From assembly GCF_003918875.1 (NCBI RefSeq), contig NW_025767501.1, positions 1,922,001 through 1,986,000 on the forward strand: a stretch of DNA of 64,000 nucleotides, in the 5' to 3' direction. A program made the translations under genes and the position numbers. How positions within the stretch are numbered: the first letter of the stretch is position 1; each line of letters starts with the position of its first letter. This DNA is from Haliotis rubra (taxonomy: Eukaryota). Below, one piece after another: positions 1 to 31,400 of the stretch. The notes beneath the pieces were generated by a model. It was not told the origin of the DNA, made no database searches, and saw nothing but the letters and a program-made list of their open reading frames with translations.

Positions 1-16728
<16,728 letters not shown>

Positions 16729-16737
<9 letters not shown>

Positions 16738-16758
16738 TTTCACTCGCTGATGACGTCA
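16729..16758 (-). promoter_or_regulatory. YY1-type motif (AAAATGGCGG) overlapping the PP1-beta start codon, and a CRE palindrome TGACGTCA at 16751-16758
   Basis: Exact motif matches at and just upstream of the ATG; function not shown. Confidence 0.45.
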
Positions 16759-18188
16759 GAGACTGGTCCCGAAAGGAAACCTGAAAAAGACACAGAAAAG
16801 GATAAAACATGCAGTACTGTAACTATCAATGAAAGGGAGGTAATTTCAGAAATACGTATGTATATTGTACACCGGTATTATATAGCGCTAGTTCAGTTCT
16901 GTCCCTTTGTATATTGGTAAAGGTTTACAAGATTATTGAAATTAATGTGTCGTTTTCAGGTTTATGAATACCTTGCGTGTGTTTCGTAAGTAGGCTAATC
17001 GCTTTTGGATTTAATGGGTGTAACATTTTAGGATTGGGAAAGTTTCACGTAAAAGTTGGTATGTTCACTTTTTTGTTGTGGGTTATTTTGATCATGTGGT
17101 GCCTGTGTGTTTGTGTTTGCGCTAAGTGCTTGCTATTTTGCTACGGGAGATGTTGGGCGGTTGGGGAATGGGTGTTTTCTCACTCGTCGAGACCATCGAC
17201 GTGCTTGACAGTACAATAATTTGTCTCCATTCAACCTATTCTAAATGAATGGACATAGAAACATGTAACTAACTAACTAACAAATAAAGACTACAACAAC
17301 TTTGGAATTATAATAGATCACAATGAACGAAACATCCCTTAAATTGATCGAAAGCGTCGAACAATATTTTTTTTAAAAGTGATAAATGAATAAAAGAATT
17401 TGGACCCAATGGTGGGTAAAGTCGTCACACAACAATCGGCACCGACACGGCAACGTACTTAAACAAATAAAAGTCACTCGAAAGGTCGAAAAACAAGTAA
17501 AAATGATTTTCCAAATCAGAAATCGAGTCCCTGTGTGAGTGTACGTCTTGCTAGCACGGCAGTCGCCCTACGAATGAGCGGTTTGTTACCACAATCCCTT
17601 TGGTTGCTATGTCTCATGGTGTATATGCAGTAAATGACGTAGCTCTTCCGCCCCCGGCAGTGTGAGTCAGTTTCCATTTTTGACCACCCTCATATATCAC
17701 GCGGGTACACTCATGTGGTCATATCACCAACTGCGTGTTGATATCTGTGTCTCTATAAACACAGGTCACAATATATTTAATGCAATGTGTATGTATGTAT
17801 TTACGTAAATATAATCGTATATCATTTACTTCCTTTTGTTTTTCTTCGTTTTATTGTTCGCCAATAAAAGCAATATGTACAAGGCCGTATTTATTATTGA
17901 TGCGTCCCCTCAAAGTCCAAACTGCGCAGCGAATTTATAGGTTCGATCCGCTATGCCGATTCAATCGATAGTAAACATTACAGCCACGATAGTATCACCC
18001 ATCGACACGCTATAGATATTTGTAAACATTAGCATAGTCAACCTTTTGACCGGCATCGCAAACCATACTGAAGTAATAGTTTGGCCATGATGTAACACGG
18101 ACATATATATTCCCTCATAATGTCATGCAAGTACTCATTTGTCGTCACCATGACTGTTTCGTGTACCCTGGATTACGGGCTGTTATCG

Positions 18189-18417
18189 NNNNNNNNNNNN
18201 NNNNNNNNNNNNNNNNNNNNNNNNNNNNNNNNNNNNNNNNNNNNNNNNNNNNNNNNNNNNNNNNNNNNNNNNNNNNNNNNNNNNNNNNNNNNNNNNNNNN
18301 NNNNNNNNNNNNNNNNNNNNNNNNNNNNNNNNNNNNNNNNNNNNNNNNNNNNNNNNNNNNNNNNNNNNNNNNNNNNNNNNNNNNNNNNNNNNNNNNNNNN
18401 NNNNNNNNNNNNNNNNN
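18189..18417. other. Assembly gap (229 N)
   Basis: Run of N. Confidence 1.
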
Positions 18418-18499
18418 TGTAGTTAGAAATATCCGATACTTAGATGCTTGATTGGCATTTTAGAAGATGATATTTGATGAACATAGAGATTTTTCTGGG

Positions 18500-18566
18500 T
18501 TACATCTTCTTTTTATTCTCGAGTACAACGTTTCAGGGCTTGTTCTGGCCCCATCATCAGGTAAAC
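18500..18566 (-). ncRNA. Minimal hammerhead-ribozyme-like motif, typical of Penelope-like element ends
   Basis: Minus strand: CTGATGA-T-GGGGC-loop-GCCCT-GAAAC-GTT-GTA followed by AATAAA. Stem I is not evident. Confidence 0.5.
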
Positions 18567-21500
18567 TGAACAGTAACTGTTAACTCTGGCCGTGACGTCA
18601 CAATGCTTATGACGTCACAATGCTATGACGAAGCAATACATGTGGTGATCAATAGATACAGATGACATGGCTAATAGAATACATGTTATTATGAATATAT
18701 AAGATGTCATTTACTGCAAAATTAATGGATCAATTTAGAACTGTGCAGATACTTATACAAAATTGTTGATTGAATTAGAAATGTACAGAGACGTACTTGC
18801 CGAGGATATTTTTATATTTATCAACGAGTGTTGATATCAGAAGGACACGAGGGTGAGATTCTCTTGATCATCAAAAATCACTCTTCATTAAGTTTCAATG
18901 GAAAATGTACATCTCTAAACATGGTACTGCCATTATATTAGACTTGCAGTGCAGTGAACACGTAGCATTGTGACGTCATCAAGTTTATGACGTCATGGCA
19001 TTGTCATGGCATCAGTTTTTTTATGTCATAGCATTATGAGTCATGTCATTGATGATGTTAAAGCATTGTGGTCTCATGTAATAGACCGATCCAGTCTGTC
19101 AATCAAAACTGGCGCATGCGTCAATTTTGGTCAATCAGCAGGCCGGGCGCGCTGGGTGGATTTGTCAGACTTATTTCCGGGGTCAAACGATACTTCCGAA
19201 GCGATGTGCTTCGAATTATGCCATTTACACACGCTATATCTATTACATATTGCTGTGATTTGATGTGTACTTTTTAACAAAACCATTGCGGTCAAGACAA
19301 AAGACAATTGAGGCGGATCAAGGAGCGCTATCAGATAATTGTCTGCACCACCGTTCACGAAACCTAGGTCATGCCCGCAGATGAGAATTTGCACGGATTT
19401 CCACACTTTTGCACATGTGTGAAATCATTACCAATTGATGACAACAAATAGCAGTTGAAGACTTTGCAAGTGTTATAAACACGGACATTTCTTGTAACTA
19501 CAAAATTGTTTTTACTTAACGTTTTTAGTCACTACTGGGCATTGAGGTGGTACGCCACAAAGCTGAAATGAGACAGGCAAGAAAGCCGTGACACAATGTA
19601 AACACATCTGACAGCGATCTGATTTCGCTTCTAGGGTCGACCATAATAGCAAAACTTGTTACATTAAAGAACAATGTGGCGGATACTGTTCCCTTCGCTC
19701 TTAGATATTCTTAAATTTGTCACACATTTTAGGATGTTTTAAGTATCAAAAGCACAATCTGAAGGCATACTGCACAGTATCTTGTTAATAGTGCAAAATA
19801 TTCGAGGAGTAATATATTTTATTCAAACGAAAATATTGTCAGTGTCAGCAGTTGCCTACCATGCAATATCCAAATATCCAAATTAATTCATATGAGTGCC
19901 TATAATACTATGCTTCAAATATTTCAGAATTTTTATAAAGAGATGGATGGGACTTTGAATTGAATTACGTTCCTCCATGTGGATCGAATACGAAAACTAT
20001 GTGAGAAGAAGAGTGACTTTCTGGAGTATTGGGCGGAGTGAAATAAAGTGTATATCTTAATTATGAGGACATTTGAAGTTTTGTTACAGCATAAACTTAT
20101 TCACATATATTGGTACATTTTAGGAGCAATATTGCAACTGTCATTTTGATTAATTCACTGGAAATGATAGCAAGGTATGTTTTAAGAATCTTGCTCTTTT
20201 TAGTAAATGTGGAAGGGTAATAAAATAAATAATAATCTAATCAATTATAAATAATTATATAATTGATTGACATATCAGATTCATGTGATTTTAAGGCAGA
20301 ACTAGGCAAACAAACACTATACATATCATGTCAGGACAATCACTTGGTATTAACTTAGATTGTTGGCTCATGCTTTTAGATGTTTTTTAAATTAATAATA
20401 CATTTACTAATAAGATAATTCTGAAAGTGATTGCTTGTATCATAACTCATTAAAGTTATTTCAACATCCAGAGAATTTGAAAGCAACCCTACGTTTTGGT
20501 CACATCCTGGTCAGGCATTATCCAGTCCTGGAACAGAATAACTTACAAAAATCTCAGTTGACTTTTCATGTAATGGAATAAATATTGAAACATATATTTA
20601 ACCCAGATTTGATGTAATTTTTCCTATAAATCATCAGTTTTGAGGAGGTTACTAATATTTGAAGACTGAGCCAAAGCTAGTGTTTATTAAGATGTTGGTT
20701 TTGGACAAATTGTTCAAGGTTTGTTGATGGTTATTTGGAAAATGAGCTTCATATTAAATTGCACACTGAACGCTTTTCATGTGTGTTTTCCTAACCTCTT
20801 GCTATGACTTTTAGCAAATTTTGAATCAACCTTACTATAATTTGTATGACACTAGTAAGTATCTCAGAAAAGGAAATAGATCAAAATTTAGAAATGTCCT
20901 CTAGGGATATAGTCTCAGATCTAATAAAACAAAGATAATCATTGTTTAAGAAGCAATAATGTCAATATGTATTTGTATTGACAAAAAGCTTTGAACTTAA
21001 GATATATTCTTTGCACCTTATTTGCACTAGTAGTTAGCAGTTAAATATCTCTGAATTGTTCGGATAACAGCTAGTAGATCCTCTGTTCAACGATTTTGCA
21101 TCACAGGTTTCCTATTTCTGGAAGATGGTTCTGCTAGTGTACAGGTGCAGACTGTATCTTGGATCTTCTTTGTGTTCTGGTGCTGTGACATACCTGTACA
21201 TAAATGCTGGTAGTTCATGAAGTCAAGTATTGTGGAAGTTTGTATGTAAGTTAGGATTCCACAACAAACTACATGTACATACATTGTAATGTATAGAAAA
21301 ATAAAATGGAAAGAAGGATGGTTTTAAGAAACTTAGGAGTTTTGGATGATAAATAGGCTATATATAACAAACGCAACTCCATATTTTCCCCAGGTTCTGT
21401 TTCTCCCATCTCACTCGGACTTTTTCAGTTTAGAAAGAGTGATATATATGTTACTGTCAAAAATACTTTTTCAGATACAACGCGTTTGTCTAAGAAAATA

Positions 21501-21842
21501 TCAGTTCGAAAAGCATCTCACATGGCACACAAAATGGACATGCCTCACTCACTAAAAATGTTCTTACTGTGATGACGATGGATGGAAACTTGCTCGTCAC
21601 TTTCATTTATGCTCCTTTATAATGTACATGTCGATGGATTCTGTACGGTAGAGCTAACATACAGACAGACGGTCCGATCACGTGGGAGGTAATAACCAGA
21701 CCCGTTTTACAACCCCTGTCGGGTATATAGCCTCTCGGGGCATTAAGAATATTGATCGATGCAGACCCGGCGGTTTAAGAAATTGGAGTTACGTCCCTTA
21801 GTGAGTCGTCTGCTCGTCGGTTTGGCAAGCCTTTTTGTGACA

Positions 21843-22392
21843 GGGTGATTCCACACACAAAAACGGTGTTGTTTTAAAGTGGCAATGATTGGTGGTGACG
21901 CAAGTAGATAGCCGTATACGTCATGTTGCATGCCAATTTTGATAGATGAATGAACATCCACAGTCAGCAAAGAGGTCATAATCAATATTTCACAAGCATC
22001 CATGGCTCGTCATTACCGCCACAACCACAACTGTCATTAAAAAATACAATCTTTTATATTTCAGTGATAGGTATTGTAAAACAGCTGTTATCTCACTGGG
22101 TGATTCCACACACAAAAAGTGGCAATATCAGCTGATTGGTGGTGACGCAAGTAGGATATTTAATGCCTACATGTTGCATGCCAATTTTGATAGATTTCTT
22201 GATCAATAATGAACATCCACAGTCAGCAAAGAGGTTGGAAGTTTTATTTTCATAATCAATATTTCACAAGCATGTCCATGGCTACACACTGTCATTACCG
22301 CCACAACCACAACTGTCATTACCTAAGAAATACAATCGGTCCTATCAGTTATATTTCAGTATAGGTATTGTAAAACAGCTGTTATCTCACTG
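21843..22392. repeat. Imperfect tandem duplication of ~260-290 bp
   Basis: GGGTGATTCCACACACAAAA...CAGCTGTTATCTCACTG occurs twice, with many complementary indels. Confidence 0.85.
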
Positions 22393-22977
22393 TGTAAGTC
22401 ATTTCCCATTTCAATTTAATTATGTTTACAGAGAAGAAATGTTACCTAACAAAAGCATGCGTCGAGTTGCTTAGTAGCACATTTAACGTCACACTTACAT
22501 GTGTGTCTACAAACATTAGTAGCAATGTAGAAAGGTCCATGACTGGGTTCGAAGCTCCAACCCACGCAGTACTCCCTCCAAACCTTTCGGCCAAACACTC
22601 TCGAAACCTTACAGACGCCAGTGGTGTTCAAAGCATTTTATAAAACACACAAAACTGCGGGTATAGCCTATGGTCTTGCGTAATGTCTAAAGAAGAGTCA
22701 ATGTTCACCCTTCACTTCCTTGATAGACATGGGCTTGTCTGGAGGCGTGCCATCAAACGTCTACGAATAATTTGGTGTGGGTTTTTTATGACATTACTAA
22801 AAGCAACTGAAAATTGTTTACAGAAAGGTAACGGTACAGAAATGCAGGAAACAGCTATTTTTGGTGATGCAGTATTTTGGAATATGTAAACTATTGTCAA
22901 TACTTGAAATATATTCAATGAAAACTGAAGTTTGCCCGATTAATGTTTGGTTATATTTGTAACAACGTTTGGTTATA

Positions 22978-23960
22978 CAGTACAACCAGAAATTATTGAG
23001 AATTTAAAGATTGTATTTTTTTTTTTTCACTCATTACTCACGTATTAAATGTGAATATTAGCAGAACATAACTCCAGATTCAAAGACAGGTGAACAGTTA
23101 GTATTTTGTCAAGTCACCATGGGCAGCAATGCAGGCTTCAATGCGGCGGGGCATACTACTGATCAAAGAAGTTAGAAAGTCGTGGTCCATACTGTCCCGA
23201 TATCGGACCACCTCTTCTTTCATTTCAGCAATATTTGTCAGATTTTTCTTATTGACACTTTCTTTCATAAGTCCCCAAACATGTTCTATTGGATTTAGGT
23301 CAGGGCTATAGCTTGGCCAATCTAATAATGTCATATTTTGGGTCCGAAACCAGGCCTGTGAATGCTTTGAACGATGTATTGGGTCGTTGTCCTGCTGGAA
23401 AATCCAAAAAATTTCCATAGAACACGTGAGCAGATGGAAGTAAATGTCCCTCGAGAATATCTGTGTACCGCTCACTGTTCATATTCCCTTCAAATACACA
23501 GAGGGGCGTTGCCCCTAACACAGATATGCCACCCCACACGTTAAATTTCGGACTGTACTTTGGGCGCTGATACAAAGGTTTTTCAGTTTGCTAGGTCCAG
23601 AATTTCAGTGTATTAGGAAACAACCACACTGAACTTTCATCTGAGAAAATCACATTGTCCCAGTTAAAATTTCTATGCTGTAAGCACCAGTTCAACCTTC
23701 GCTCCTTTTGTTCAGGTTTCATGATCGGTGATGGAATTCCTCGACTTTTCTGCCAACCCATTGCATGCAGCTCAGTTCTAATTGTCTCCTTACAGACAGC
23801 CACAGTTCCTCTATCAATGATATCCAGCCTAAAGCTTTCTAAACAACTTCGTTCGTTTTTAGAAACAAGAATACCAAGCCGCCTCCTGTCACCGACAGTC
23901 AATTTTCTGGGCCTACCTGCGCCTCCCTGGTGCTCAATGCCATATCCATTTGCCAAGGCT
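22978..23960 (-). mobile_element. Tc1-family DD34E transposase pseudogene; only one candidate TIR (TA|CAGTACAACCAGAAATTATTGAGAA) found
   Basis: GRPRKL, FSDES, VWGGIS, FQQDNDPIH, WPSYSPDLNPIEHVW with 34 aa between D and E; in-frame TAG at 23591-23593 and a +1 frameshift in the A6 run near 23405. Confidence 0.9.
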
Positions 23961-25176
23961 CGGCACTGTGAACATTATTCAACTCGGGCATATTTCCCGT
24001 AATCACTCGTACCGAGTTGGTTATTCTCTAAATCAAGCACAGGTAACATGGGTTTTGTTGGGGTGTTTTCGAATAGAACCGACTCCTTTTTTATTGTTTA
24101 GTAGACAGTACCTACCCTGGGGGGGCCTGGGAAAGTGTGTCTGCTGCGTCCAGAGGCTACCCGTGAAGATCCCGGTTTTGTATTGATCTTCAGCAACCCA
24201 CGTTTGACGTACGAGACGAAAAACAGGAAATGATAGCTAAACTTGTTTGATGCTTATGTTAGAGGACCACCTAATAGATATAGTATTGCCCAGTGCGGAA
24301 ATAAGACCGAACAACCAGGATATAAGAGTGTATGTCGGGGACACGTATATAGTGTATTATTGACGATATAAAACATAGTTATGGGCCTAGGAATGCAATA
24401 TATTGAAATGTATGAATGGGTCACACACCACACATCCGATTTTGTTCAAAATCAGGAGTCCAAAACAAACTGCAGTCATGGTAGTATTTTAATTGATCGT
24501 CACACATCGTAAATACTTCCTATTGTCTCTACCCACATATTGGAGTATCTGATATCTAACGTGGTTGAGGTTGTTTTCTGTGAATAATCATTAAAATTAT
24601 TGCTGGATAATGGTGCAAACAAGACAGGCATCCTTCTGCAAATTGTATGGAACGGAACTTCGCATATTAAATTGCTGCAACTCAGGTGTCTGAGCCTGCC
24701 GTGGATCCCGGGTCAGGACCCAACTTAAATGTGAACTGTGAGGACACAGTGTGCGACATCTGTGACCACTGATAAGGCGTTTCTTTGCGACTGGTCATTT
24801 ATTCCTTCACCTTACTAACCCAAATACTGTTCTCCCGCAGCTGGTATTTACCTCCTATAAATATCGAAGAACTGAGAGCAACCACTTTATATTCCCAATT
24901 CAAGAAATGTATTGTACTGCGGGTCTGAATATGATTTGCATCAAGGTATGACGCTTTCGTACTTTTAGCATAAACCAATATGGAAAATATCATTCTTGCA
25001 TGCTTGATAAGTCAGGTTTGTAACAAATTTCCTCCGACCCCATGCTAAACGTTGCCATCTGGAGCACTAGTTTTTCCAGTGACATAATACTTGGTAAATA
25101 TTTCAGCTGTTGCACTTTAAAGATACCATTCACTTCATGAGAACGTGATCTTCATCACTTCAGTGTTGTGACCTGT

Positions 25177-25478
25177 AGGTGAGGTGAGGTTAAAATTGGT
25201 CACAGGCCACTTCAAGATTATTTCACTGAAATAGCCAGGTGCTTGCGTGGCTGCTTGTACCTGTCCAGTGTAATGTCTGTTATCCTGCTGAGATGCCATG
25301 CTGCGGTATAACATAGATACCCCTTTTGCACACACTAAACGGACTCAACCAGCCCTTGTTTATCCCCTTAATGCTGAGCAACAGACAGGTTAACCCAGAG
25401 ACCATATCTATTATATGGTCTCTGGTTAACCACAAGTACCAACTGTTAACTCCTTTTGGTATTGTGTGGCAGGGGGGT
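25177..25478 (-). mobile_element. Degenerate relative of the SINE at 8803-9163
   Basis: Shares GAGGTGAGGT tail, TATTTCACT, CTGAGATGCCATGC, TTAATGCTGAGC and ACAAGTACC...TTTTGGTAT blocks in the same order. Confidence 0.55.
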
Positions 25479-28400
25479 GGAATTTTTCCACCAGCCAGTC
25501 CCCCATCACCAAATACTGTTCCTGTTAAGGTATAATCATGTACACAAAAAAACAAAGACTTAGATAGGTATTAAAATTTTACTCTGGATATGAAGTACTG
25601 AGACAATGAAGCGAACATCTTGCTTGGGTCGGGGAGGGAGGGAGGGATGGGATTGAAGGTCGGAAAGGGGGACAAGGGGAGATCACTCAGACTGTACCAT
25701 TAATGTGCCATTGGTTTTAAGGTGAAAGAAAGACTCCTTTGGATGTACAAATAAAACATTTCAACAGGGAATAACATCAACAACATATATGATGACTTGA
25801 AGCAGAAAGACAACATGGCAAAAAGGCTGAACTTTTCTCATGCCCAACAAAACAGTTCGACTCAGTCATACATAATATAGCTTTCATTGCGTAGCAGCTC
25901 AATACTCCGGGAGACATTTTGGTTGACATTTCTAAGCTAGAAACATATTTCACACCGATCAACAAATGATTATGATTTAAATATACACAAAAACATTTTC
26001 ACTAAGGACATATATGACACATTTTTGAGGAAATGTACATCAGTTTTGAGGAGAATATTATACAAACAAAAATATACAAAAAGTGAAAATATAGGACATT
26101 TGTATATGCATATATGGGGCATAATTACGAAAAATATTTGCAAATATCACAAGATGGGAACCACTAAACAGAATATTGACCAGAATCGACATAGTTAAAA
26201 TTGGTTTTGCTAACAAATCAAGTAAAATTTGATGTATGTTTATTTGACTAAGTGCTCGAAACCAGTGAATACATGTAACTTGATGTATATACATGTAATA
26301 TGTAACTGACTGTTACCCTACTTGAGCCTCTTCCACTATTATCTAAAATATCCAGGTAAAATGAGCAAACTGACTAGCACAGATGCAACTACCAAGAGTT
26401 GACAGTGTCTCTAACACTGTATATATATTGTATATTGTAAAATATTTATTTATTATAAACATCTATGCATGTAGGGTGTACAACACAGGTACCTGAACAG
26501 TAGTTTGGGTCATGTTTATTTATCAAATATTTTCAATATATGACCAGTAGTTTTCACAACAAGGTTTATGGTATAAAGCTGATTCAAGTTCAAATTTTCC
26601 CCCAATCTTTCACATTTCTTCACTGTTCAGTGATTAAAGCAATCATTTCATAGTAGACATTAAACCATTGATACATTACATTTACATTTTATGTATTTAC
26701 CTTCTGTCACTCTATATCATTCATCAATCATAGAGTAGAAGAATGAGGGACTCCAGGCATCTAGGACTATGCCCTCCCTATAATAATATCCACATAAAAC
26801 AAAATAGAATCATGCATATATCACCAGTCCTTAGATTGGTCAAAACTGACCTTCAGACTCCACTACCATATCAATATAAAAAATCATTAACATGTCATCT
26901 ATGCACTCTCTCTATCTTCCTCCTCCAATGAATATTGCTGAGTGAGCAAGTTTTCAACTAATCTACTTCATGTGTATGGAATACATATTGTTTACAATTT
27001 TAGAATGTTGGAAACACTACTTGCAATTCTTAAAAAAACTTTCGTTTGTAAGCCCTGCCCAAAAAGTATTATTTTGTATTGAACCAGATTCTGTCCTAAC
27101 TTTATGTCAAAGGTTGTTGAAATACAAGAAAGAACAACTAAGATTAGGACCATTTCCTCTGATACATTATCATGTATGCACATAGACTGACATATCAACA
27201 AACTGATTCCAGTCATATTAACTGTTTTTAAGCAACATATAGACCAAAAATACAAAAGACCTGTTGTTTTTGACACAGTGAACATGATAGCACATTGTGT
27301 ATGAAAATATAACAATATGACCAGGCCATGACACACTGACAGGCTACAAGATAATATGTCTATGGAATACATATTACTGTTTTCTAATTCTGAAAGATTC
27401 ATGAATAACTACCTCTATGATTGTATGATAAATACAGATCATGAAGAAGAGATCATACTTATGGCATTTCTGAAAGAAAGAGAAAATAAGAAAGCTTAGG
27501 GGGCACTCTGATGGCTAATAAAAGACTTCCATTCTTGTAAAGCTGGGATTCCCCAGATTATGACTTATTATACGGCATAAATATAACAACAAATTACTCC
27601 TTTTTTTTCGATCACTACTCAGAGCACCATAGTTAACTGGCTAAAAAATGTAAGTATGCCACACATCTTAGTTCCATGTGAAATGAAAATCATGAAAAAC
27701 TAAACACACTAAAGAAATGAAATTTTGCTACACTGACTATAATGATGATCAAAGATAATAGGTAGGTCACAGCGAGGTGTGTTCATTCATGGCATGGGTT
27801 ATGAAATCCAGAATCAACAAGTCTGTCACTGAACATGCCACTTCAAGATCTACTGGTTGATGAATAGCAACCAAACAGTAATCTTCCTTTACACCATGTA
27901 AATGTAAAAATATAAACATCTCAAGTAGATAGGACTATGTTCTAGGAAATCTATAGAGTAGTCTCCCCTAGATTTCAATATACATGTCTATTGCATGGTC
28001 TATGGGAGACCTGACTAGTCCTACAAGACAAACAACTAACCCAACTTGGGCAAAAGTCTTTTGAGGGGTTAAAAGATCTTTTGACAAAACATCATGGTTG
28101 GTAGGTCAACAACAAGAAAAAAAAAGAAGAAAACACATAATCAAATTTTAAGTATATTTGAGGATTTTCTAAAATATAAGTCGATTTTAATTACAGTAAT
28201 TTATCTTTGTTGATAACAAGGGGACATCAGTGGCTTTATTGCAAACACTGTACTTATTTCTGGCAGGAAGCAAAAAAGCCATCCTAGTGCGTTTTATTTA
28301 TATATTTTAATGTCTTTGGATAAACCAAGTTTTTGACAGAATCTGGCTTAAAGCATAAACATAAGAACCACACAAGCTTGGTTCTAATGCATAATATCAT

Positions 28401-31400
28401 TGCTGAAATTGTTTACAATGGTTAACTTGAACATACATATATATATATTTGGTAAATGTTATATTTTGGTGGTATCATTTGGAATGTGCAGGTCAACTGG
28501 ACATTAGTAATGAGGGTTGATTTCAGTCCAGACTTGCAGTGCAACTATTACACTGTGTAGAGTGAAGAGTGGTAATTAAAGACTTTATTGCAAAAGCATT
28601 TAAATAATAAAAACATAACTACCAATACTAAAGAAATACTGTTTGGTGCATATCTAATGATGTCATTACTGAAAAGATATCTCTTAGATTTCGTTAACAT
28701 ATTTTTAAATGGTTTTAATAATATTTGAAACAAGCTAAGAAACTTAATGTAATAATAAAGTTACTCATCACATGACAAAGTACAATATCCCCAAACTTCA
28801 CAATCATACCAACCTAATTCAATCTCTGCTGATACAAATGTAGAGTTTTATCTTTGACTTGATGATATATAATTTCAGACTAAGTTGTAAATGACATGAT
28901 GTACAAGACCAGTTACATGATTGGCTAAAACAATAAAGAGATAGGGATCAATTTATTTATAAGCTGATTCTTTACTGATTCTTTTCTAATAATGAATTAC
29001 AGTGTAGCAGAAAAAAAGAAACTTGAATTCTGCTGACCAGAAAATATATTTATGATCAACATGACCACCCTTCTGTGCAGTGAAATGAGAAATCAAATCA
29101 TTCACACTTGTCTTCTAATCGTTCCAGTGTGTATTGGTTCACATAATCTACCTGCCATTGATCTGGATACATTCATCTTCAATATTTCAATACAGAAAGC
29201 AAGACACCATTAACAGTACAATGTACATGCATCAGTAAATGCACAAAAGCTTAATCACATAAAAATCAATAAAATGAGATTCAATAAAATTTGCCATGTT
29301 TAAAAAGAATAAACCTCATTGACAACATACCAAATAAAACATTTTGAAAATTTCCACACATCACTATCAATGACTAAAATCTACTTTGTATAAAATCTAT
29401 AAATAGCACAACTATGTCTAGTGAGCTCACAAAGTGTGATAGAAATTTGCATATTATTTCTGAGTATCTGAATATATGCAAATCATATTCAGAAAATTGA
29501 ATTTCTCTGAATTTTCCAGGTCACCAAACAAAATGACTTGCATGCACTGTATGAATTGCAGCAATATTCCAGAAAAATCTAGAATAAATATCAATAAAGT
29601 TAGATCTTTCTGATTTCATATAATCTTACAAAATACAAGAGATTGATTTTTTTCTTTCCTCTGCATGTTTTATCACCTATCTTTGTAAATGCAGGATTAT
29701 TGGTGTGTACATAAGAAAACATTTTCATTCACAATCACAAACAATGACAGGTTTATTGATAACATTATCATTTCCCACTATTTCTTTGAATTACTTATAT
29801 AAAACTATGCACTCATAGTATTTCCCCCCGATGCTGTAGATGTTTTCCCTCGTTCTTAAAGAAAACCAAGTTAAAAAGTTATTGGTTTACAAGAGAATAC
29901 GGACAGTCTTGATAAACTCTGGAATATCATGTACATTACTAAAATGCTAGTACAAACAAGGCTACTCAGCATGTAAGAAACATGACATACATTTTCATTT
30001 CAGTTATATAAAAAATTATGAATTCATAAAAAATATTTCCCCGTGAAATTCAGTATTTGTACCAACTATTCAAATGCAGGTATCAGAGTTATATCATTGA
30101 TGCCATTTGTCTGATACCAAACATTAAACAACCAGAATTCCAACTGTTTGACATGTAAAATCACAGATATATAAAAGAAAGATCAATATAATTATCTTAA
30201 TCGTCTTTCAGCTACATCTGTTTGGACAGAATTTGTCAGTTGGTTCATCGTTTGTACAGGTGAAAAGGTTCAATATTAAGCATTTCCCTCCCTTTCACTT
30301 CTCCATTTCCTACTTTGAAGTCATGGCAATTACCAATTCAATCAAGGCCAATTACATGTATTTCAAATACTACTCAGTCAGGTTTAACATATCCTGGAAG
30401 CAGTGTTTCAGTTAGCCGTAACTTCAGGAACAATACAAGAAGATGATGTAAACTGGGCAAAAGAAACTATACACTTAAAAATTGGATTTGGAAAATAATT
30501 TAAAGCTTTTCTAGGCTGAAAACAGTAGCCTGTTACGAGGTACTCATTGATGTGAGTCATATAATATCGCCTGTGATACGCGTATCAAATACATCACCAT
30601 TGAATAACCATTTATTGTTTGTTCGTTCAAACCATCAAATTGTCTAATTTCTTTTCCTATGCAGCTTAGGTCATAGTCAAGCACCATGAGCATGGATGGG
30701 TATACAGTGCTAACAAAGGTTCATGCACCTTCTGACATTCATGATGAACAATTCCTGCCACTGCTAAGGGGAGACAACTATGCACAGAAAACTGCTGTGT
30801 CTTTGACCAATTATTGAGTATTTTGTTCCAACTCCATTAATAGTGATTCTAATTATTATCAGAGAGTTTACATTGGGATGTCAGTTAAACAAATTTGTAC
30901 TAGAGTGATACTGTGGACATTATAAAATTTATATCATAATTATATCTATAATCAGAAAAGATCTGAATACTTGAAAGTCCCACTAAACAAACCTTTCAAG
31001 AAGCATTGTGATATGATCTTTGTGACTCCTTATGTTTTTCAGAGATCGTCAATAGACAGTGAAAAGTGGGAAATAATAATAGTTGTAATATTTGCTGTCC
31101 AAACAGGTGTAAGACTCTTCAACTTCATGATCTGACTTAAAAACAGGGCACCTACATCCTCCTAAATGAAAACAAACATTGAGTGAAGGAAGGAAAGGAC
31201 AACATGAGATTCCCCAAACTAACACATATCCCACTGCCCATTAGCCCTTATTGACAAACCTCTCCATGAAGCATATCCCAATAGTATGAAGGTTGTGATG
31301 ATACATGATAACCTGTCAACAAGCTCTATTCCATCCGGTTCAGAATCATAATTCAGTCAAATTACAATATTTATCCAATTGAAATTGTACATATCGTATG

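Noticed and set aside
18120-18451. ORFs containing X runs
   Set aside because: Artefacts of the N gap.
24158-24230. Fragment resembling an RTE-associated SINE head or HDV-like ribozyme
   Set aside because: Too degenerate to fold or assign from sequence alone.
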